The notes under the pieces were generated by a model that saw only the letters and a list, made by a program, of their open reading frames with translations, did not search any database and was not told the DNA's origin. Below are positions 58,970 through 64,000 of a stretch of DNA of 64,000 nt, piece after piece. The translations under genes and the position numbers were made by a program. Origin of the DNA: Candidatus Omnitrophota bacterium (lineage in GTDB: Bacteria; Omnitrophota; Gorgyraeia; Zapsychrales; Fredricksoniimonadaceae); NCBI GenBank assembly GCA_028870995.1, contig JAGWOI010000006.1, positions 19,514-83,513 on the forward strand, written 5' to 3'. Position 1 is the stretch's first letter. Every line of letters begins with the position of its first letter.

Positions 58970-60789
58970 AGGCCGTAGGCACGCATTACAATGCAGAGGG
59001 CGCTTGCGAATTTGCCGTCTGGGCCCCTTTTTTGAAGGACCTGAGTTTATCCATCGTTTTTCCCCTGACTAAAGAATTGGAACTGCCTTTACCCGGCGAT
59101 GGACACGGTTATTTCCACGCCCTTGTTCATGAGGTACCGCCCGGCACGAAATATTTCTACAGGATACAGGGGCAATTATATCCCGACCCGGCTTCCCATT
59201 CTCAACCGGAGGGTGTTTGGGGGCCTTCCTGTACCATCGACCATACGGTTTTCCCATGGCAGGACAGCCGCTGGAAAGGCATTCCTTTAAAGGAAATGAT
59301 CATTTACGAGCTGCATATAGGGACCTTTACTGTGGAGGGCACCTTTGAGGCAGCTGCCGCCAGGCTGGCGGATTTGGTCGAATTGGGAATAACAGCCGTT
59401 GAGATCATGCCCGTGGCCCAGTGTTCGGGCGAGCGCAATTGGGGCTACGATGGGGTTTTCCCTTTTGCCGTCCAACATTCCTACGGCGGGCCCCAGGGCC
59501 TGAAAATGTTCGTGGACTCCTGCCATGCCCAGGGCCTGGCCGTGATTCTCGATGTGGTTTATAACCATCTGGGACCGGAAGGCAATATCGTGGAGAAATA
59601 CATGCCTGTCTTTACCGATAGGTATCATACGCCTTGGGGCAGGGCCATCAATTTTGATGACGCCTACAGCGACGATGTCAAGCATTTTTTTATCCAGAAT
59701 GCCTTACACTGGTTTCAACATTTTCATATCGACGCTTTAAGGCTCGATGCCATTCAAACTATCTATGACATGGGTGCCAAGCATTTTTTGAGGGAGCTGG
59801 CAGAAATTGTCGATGAATTCTCCGGCCGGATAGGCCGAAAATTTTACCTCATAGCCGAGAGTGATTTGAACGACCGGCGCATTGTCCTGGAGCGTCAGAG
59901 GGAAGGTTTCGGTATAGACAGCCAGTGGAGCGATGACTTCCATCATGCGGTCCATGCCCGCCTCACAGGTGAAACCCAAGGGTACTATCAAGATTTTGGT
60001 TCCACGGAAAAGATAGCCCGGGCCCTGAAAAACGGATTTGTATTGGACGGCCGCTTTTCCGATTTTCGCAAACGCACCCACGGGAGCTTTTCACAAGACA
60101 TGCCCTCGCAACGTTTCGTGGTCTGTGTGCAAAATCACGACCAAGTAGGCAACCGTTTTAAATCCGACCGGTTAAGCAGCCTGCTTTCCTTTGAGGCTCT
60201 AAAACTGGCAGCCGCCGTGCTGATCACCGCACCCTATGTCCCTTTGGTCTTTATGGGCGAGGAATATGCAGAAGAGGCGCCATTTAATTATTTTGTCGAT
60301 TTTAAAGACGAAGGTTTGATCAGGGCCGTCAGGGAAGGGCGCCGCCGTGAATTTGCTGCTTTCGGATGGAAGAATGAACCCTTGGACCCTTTCGCAGCTG
60401 ATACCTTCCTGCATTCGAAGCTTCATTGGGACAAACGCCGGGAGGGCAGACATGCGGTGCTGTTGTCTTTTTATAAAAGACTTTTTGAATTGCGCAAGAC
60501 CGTACCTGCCTTAAAGGCATTGGACAGGGAGGGGATGACCGTCGCCATCCTCGAAGACGTAATCATGGTCAAGCGTCTTTGGGCGGATAGCTGCATCCTT
60601 ATTCTGATGAATTTCGGCAAGGCCAGGGCCGACATCAATAGCGGCGAGGATTTTCAGATGGGCGACAGGATTCTGGATTCCTGCGAGGCGCAATGGTTGG
60701 GGAAGGGAACCTCTTTGCCCCAGCGTCTTCTGCCTTCCACCGTCTTGACCCTCAATCCTTTAAGCTTTGCCCTGTACCAGGAGATATGA
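58966..60789 (+). CDS. treZ: Malto-oligosyltrehalose trehalohydrolase
   Basis: 'YELHIGTFT', 'RNWGYDG', 'YNHLGPEGN', 'LRLDA', 'IAESD.ND', 'QNHDQVGNR'. Confidence 0.95.
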   Translation: MKAVGTHYNAEGACEFAVWAPFLKDLSLSIVFPLTKELELPLPGDGHGYFHALVHEVPPGTKYFYRIQGQLYPDPASHSQPEGVWGPSCTIDHTVFPWQDSRWKGIPLKEMIIYELHIGTFTVEGTFEAAAARLADLVELGITAVEIMPVAQCSGERNWGYDGVFPFAVQHSYGGPQGLKMFVDSCHAQGLAVILDVVYNHLGPEGNIVEKYMPVFTDRYHTPWGRAINFDDAYSDDVKHFFIQNALHWFQHFHIDALRLDAIQTIYDMGAKHFLRELAEIVDEFSGRIGRKFYLIAESDLNDRRIVLERQREGFGIDSQWSDDFHHAVHARLTGETQGYYQDFGSTEKIARALKNGFVLDGRFSDFRKRTHGSFSQDMPSQRFVVCVQNHDQVGNRFKSDRLSSLLSFEALKLAAAVLITAPYVPLVFMGEEYAEEAPFNYFVDFKDEGLIRAVREGRRREFAAFGWKNEPLDPFAADTFLHSKLHWDKRREGRHAVLLSFYKRLFELRKTVPALKALDREGMTVAILEDVIMVKRLWADSCILILMNFGKARADINSGEDFQMGDRILDSCEAQWLGKGTSLPQRLLPSTVLTLNPLSFALYQEI

Positions 60790-63554
60790 GAATACCCACG
60801 GCGTCCTACCGTCTGCAATTCTCCCCCCACTTTACCTTTGAAGATGCCCAAAAGGTCATCACATATCTTGCCGAGATGGGCATATCCGACGTTTACGCGT
60901 CCCCTATTTTTAAGGCCAGGAAGGACAGCGCTCATGGTTATGATATCGTCGATCCCTCCCAGATCAGCGATCGCTTGGGAGGGGGATCCGCCTTTGGCCG
61001 GTTGGCGGCGCACGTCCAGGCCTCCGGCTTAGGTTGGATTCAGGACATCGTTCCCAATCACATGGCCTTTGACAGCGCCAACCGCCTGCTCATGGATGTC
61101 TTGGAAAACGGCCCTCATTCCAGGTATTATTCATTTTTTGATATCCAATGGGACCACCCTTATGAGCATTTAAAGGGAAAATTATTGGCCCCATTTTTGG
61201 GAGACCTGTACGGCCGATGCCTTGATAATAATGAAATCAGGCTCGCCTTTGATGAAAACGGCTTTAACATCCGTTATTATGATTGGAAATTTCCCCTGAA
61301 GATCACTTCTTATGCCACGGTATTGGCCAGTCAGCTGATCTGGCTGGAGGACAAGATGCACCATGAGGACAGGGACTACATCCATTTTCTGGAGGCCAGC
61401 AATGATTTTAAGCGTTTAAAAGAATCAGCGGACATCAATGATTATTACAATCACCTGGCCTTGCTCAAAGCCCGGCTGTGGAAGCTTTATTTGTCCAATG
61501 ACGTCATCAAGGAGTATATCAACAATCTCATTAAGGTTTTTAACGGTACGGCGGGCGATCCGCATTCTTTAAATAAGCTGGATGAATTGCTCTCTGACCA
61601 GTTCTTCAAACTTTCCTTCTGGAAGGTGGGCAACGAGGAGCTGAATTACCGCCGCTTTTTTACCATCAACGGACTTTTGAGCGTACGCGTGGAAATGCAG
61701 GAGGTCTTCGAATATACCCATAATCTTATTTTTCAATTGATCAAATCCGGGCAAATCACGGGACTTCGGGTGGACCACGTGGACGGCCTTTATGACCCGG
61801 TTGCCTATCTTAATAAGCTCAGGCAGCGCTCCGGAGAGCTGTACATAACCGTTGAAAAAATTCTGGACCTGGATGAACAGCTGCCTTCCTGCATGCCGGT
61901 GCAGGGGACCACCGGCTATGATTTCATGAATGTGGTCAATGAGGCGCTTATCGATACCGAGGGCCAAAAAGCCATGGACCGCATTTATGTGGTGTTTACT
62001 GGCCAGACGTCCAGTTACCGGGATTTCGTGGCCGAGAAGAAGAAGCTGTTCATGGGGCGCTACATGGCCGGAGACATCGACAACCTGGCGCATCTTCTCA
62101 AACAAATCATCAACGGCCAGCGCTATGGCAGGGACATGACGATGTATGCCCTGCGCCGCAGCATCGTGGAGATCATGGCGCAATTTCCCGTATACCGCGC
62201 CTATTTGCGGGAACAGGCGCTCAGTGAGAAAGACAAGCTCCATATCAAGGAGGCCATTGCCGCAGCCAAGAACAGGCACGCGGGGCTTATCAATGAACTG
62301 GATTTTATTGCCAAGATTTTATTGCTGGAATTTCCGGTCGACCTTGATACGAAAAAGAAGGAAGCCTATCACCATTTCATCAAGAAGTTCCATCAATTTT
62401 CCGGGGCCCTGATGGCCAAGGGGGCGGAAGATACGGCTTTTTACATTTATAACAGGTTTATCTCCCTTAACGAGGTGGGTGGGGACCCGTCGGTGTTCGG
62501 TTTGCCTTTGGGACGGTTCCATGAATTCATGGCCCAGCGGCAGCGCCAGTGTCCGTACACCATGAATGCCACCTCAACGCATGACACCAAAAGGGGGGAA
62601 GATGTGCGTGCCAGGCTCAACGTCCTTTCAGAAATTCCCCGGGCCTGGCAGCAGCATGTTTTTGCCTGGAGCCGCATGAATAGGGACAAAAAAAGGAGGA
62701 TCAACGGTTCGTGGGCGCCTGACCGTAATGATGAATATTTGATTTATCAGACCCTGCTGGGGGCCTGGCCATTTCAGGAGAACCAGCAAGCCAGCTTCAG
62801 GCTGCGGATGAAGGAATATATCATTAAAGCCATCCGGGAGGCAAAGATCCATACCACCTGGGTCAATCAGGACAGTCAATACGAGGAAGCCTGCCTGGAT
62901 TTCATTCAGAAGATTTTAAATCCGGACAGGGAAAATAAATTCCTGTATTCTTTTCTTCCTTTTCAAAAGGAAATCGCCTCGGCCGGCGCCCAAAATTCCC
63001 TGTCCCAAGCCCTGCTTAAATTGACCTGTCCGGGCGTTCCGGATTTTTATCAGGGTACGGAATTGTGGGACCTGACCTTGGTCGACCCTGACAACCGCCA
63101 TCCCGTGGACTTCCAACACCGGATAAAATTATTGGACCAGGTCAAGGGCAGGCAAGGCGCCGATGACATCCAGAGGCTGGTGGACAACAAAAATGACGGC
63201 CAAATTAAACTATTCCTGCTGTCCAGGGGCTTGGGCCTCCGCCGGCAGCATACGGATCTGTTTTTAAAGGGTGAATACATCCCTTTGGAGGTGCAGGGCC
63301 CGTTGAATAAGTATATCGTTGCTTTTGCCAGGAGATCGGGCAATCTCTGGAGTATTACCGCCTGCCCGCGTTTTTCCCGGCAATTCATCGAAAGGCATTA
63401 TCGATGGCAGGATGCCGTTTTATCCCTGCCGGCAGAGGCCCCCCGGCATTGGATGAACGTCATCACTCAAGAAAGATTAGGAGCTTTGGAATACGTCCCC
63501 TTAGACGCCTTGTTTGCCCAATTCCCTGTGATTTTCCTGCTTTCCGTCGTTTAA
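60786..63554 (+). CDS. treY: Malto-oligosyltrehalose synthase
   Basis: 'PTASYRLQF', 'SAHGYD', 'DIVPNHM', 'LRVDHVDGL', 'VEKIL', 'STHDTKRGED', 'LVDPDNR'. Confidence 0.96.
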   Translation: MRIPTASYRLQFSPHFTFEDAQKVITYLAEMGISDVYASPIFKARKDSAHGYDIVDPSQISDRLGGGSAFGRLAAHVQASGLGWIQDIVPNHMAFDSANRLLMDVLENGPHSRYYSFFDIQWDHPYEHLKGKLLAPFLGDLYGRCLDNNEIRLAFDENGFNIRYYDWKFPLKITSYATVLASQLIWLEDKMHHEDRDYIHFLEASNDFKRLKESADINDYYNHLALLKARLWKLYLSNDVIKEYINNLIKVFNGTAGDPHSLNKLDELLSDQFFKLSFWKVGNEELNYRRFFTINGLLSVRVEMQEVFEYTHNLIFQLIKSGQITGLRVDHVDGLYDPVAYLNKLRQRSGELYITVEKILDLDEQLPSCMPVQGTTGYDFMNVVNEALIDTEGQKAMDRIYVVFTGQTSSYRDFVAEKKKLFMGRYMAGDIDNLAHLLKQIINGQRYGRDMTMYALRRSIVEIMAQFPVYRAYLREQALSEKDKLHIKEAIAAAKNRHAGLINELDFIAKILLLEFPVDLDTKKKEAYHHFIKKFHQFSGALMAKGAEDTAFYIYNRFISLNEVGGDPSVFGLPLGRFHEFMAQRQRQCPYTMNATSTHDTKRGEDVRARLNVLSEIPRAWQQHVFAWSRMNRDKKRRINGSWAPDRNDEYLIYQTLLGAWPFQENQQASFRLRMKEYIIKAIREAKIHTTWVNQDSQYEEACLDFIQKILNPDRENKFLYSFLPFQKEIASAGAQNSLSQALLKLTCPGVPDFYQGTELWDLTLVDPDNRHPVDFQHRIKLLDQVKGRQGADDIQRLVDNKNDGQIKLFLLSRGLGLRRQHTDLFLKGEYIPLEVQGPLNKYIVAFARRSGNLWSITACPRFSRQFIERHYRWQDAVLSLPAEAPRHWMNVITQERLGALEYVPLDALFAQFPVIFLLSVV

Positions 63555-63594
63555 TCCCATTTTCATCCTCTCTTCATTTTTATTTGGATATAGT
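63551..63594 (+). promoter_or_regulatory. Triple 11-bp-period repeat promoter 6
   Basis: TTAAT-cccatt-TTCAT-cctctc-TTCAT-11bp-TATAGT. The first unit overlaps the treY stop codon. Confidence 0.75.
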
Positions 63595-63640
63595 CGTTTC
63601 GAAAAAAATTAGTTATTTAACCTTTAAGGAAGGAGTCGTC

Positions 63641-63865
63641 ATGGTCAAGCATCCACCCAAGAAAACACCCCCAACCAATCGAGTCAGGAGCGCATCTGGC
63701 GAGGATTTTGAAGAGAAATACTCCCAAGAGGCAAAGCCCTCCTTTGAGGAAATACAAAAGCTGGCTTACCATATCCACCTCGAAAAAGGCGGCAGCGAGT
63801 TGGAGAATTGGATAGAGGCGGAGAAGACACTCAAAGAGCAACGGCCTGCGGGAAGCAGCAGATAA
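63641..63865 (+). CDS. DUF2934-domain small protein (74 aa)
   Basis: SD AAGGAAGGAG, 'IQKLAYHIHLEKGGSELENWIEAEKTL'. Confidence 0.8.
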   Translation: MVKHPPKKTPPTNRVRSASGEDFEEKYSQEAKPSFEEIQKLAYHIHLEKGGSELENWIEAEKTLKEQRPAGSSR

Positions 63866-64000
63866 AGGGCGGGGATTTTGAATGCCATTTTTCTTCAGCA
63901 ACCTTACAAGCGGTTCGTCTGTCTCTTTGATGGTCTGCGATGATGCTAATCCTGTGTTTGCTTGTCTCCAGGAAACCGTCAAGCAGGGGGCGTCAGACCT

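Noticed and set aside
63404-63640. N-terminal extension of the 153-aa ORF 63404-63865
   Set aside because: It overlaps treY and the promoter. The SD and DUF2934 motif support a start at 63641.
63617-63982. 121-aa minus-strand ORF and a TGCTTG/CAAGCA inverted repeat at the window end
   Set aside because: Overlaps the DUF2934 gene antisense, has no motif, and its context is cut by the window edge.
1-64000. CRISPR arrays, tRNA/rRNA genes, IS elements, prophage or defence genes
   Set aside because: No spaced repeats, tRNA T-arm signatures, transposase, integrase, capsid or nuclease motifs seen by eye. tRNAscan-SE and cmscan would be needed to exclude small RNAs formally.

Overview
Bacterial chromosomal window, about 50% GC by eye, from a diderm organism. 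Protein style and gene order are compatible with a PVC-superphylum lineage such as Ca. Omnitrophota, but that is inference only. Left to right: (1) the 3' end of a P-type (Trb) type IV secretion operon, trbL-trbF-trbG-trbI-trbB; (2) envelope hypotheticals, pyruvate kinase, AsmA-like/TPR/Wzx genes and a GH1 glycosidase; (3) core genes smc, cvpA, dnaG, rpoD, aroD; (4) a dense two-component cluster with three kinases, four further receiver proteins and a CBS protein; (5) pfkA-mgtA, a CPA1 antiporter and a complete kdp(peptide)FABCDE locus; (6) a Rho-like ATPase lacking its RNA-binding domain; (7) a ~20 kb general-stress/osmoprotection island (MMPL, YciF, TreS-Mak, GlgE, Cfa, pyruvate oxidase, DUF481 barrel, GlgX-TreZ-TreY, DUF2934). 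Top observations: six promoters in the stress island share an exact architecture, three TT(C/A)AT units at 11-bp period followed 11 bp later by a -10 box, which implies an undescribed regulon. The SMC has a ~57-aa segment in place of the canonical hinge. A putative structured RNA element occurs twice in intergenic DNA. Several unannotated small ORFs and multiple leaderless-type promoters are present. No rRNA, tRNA, CRISPR array, integrase or transposase was seen.
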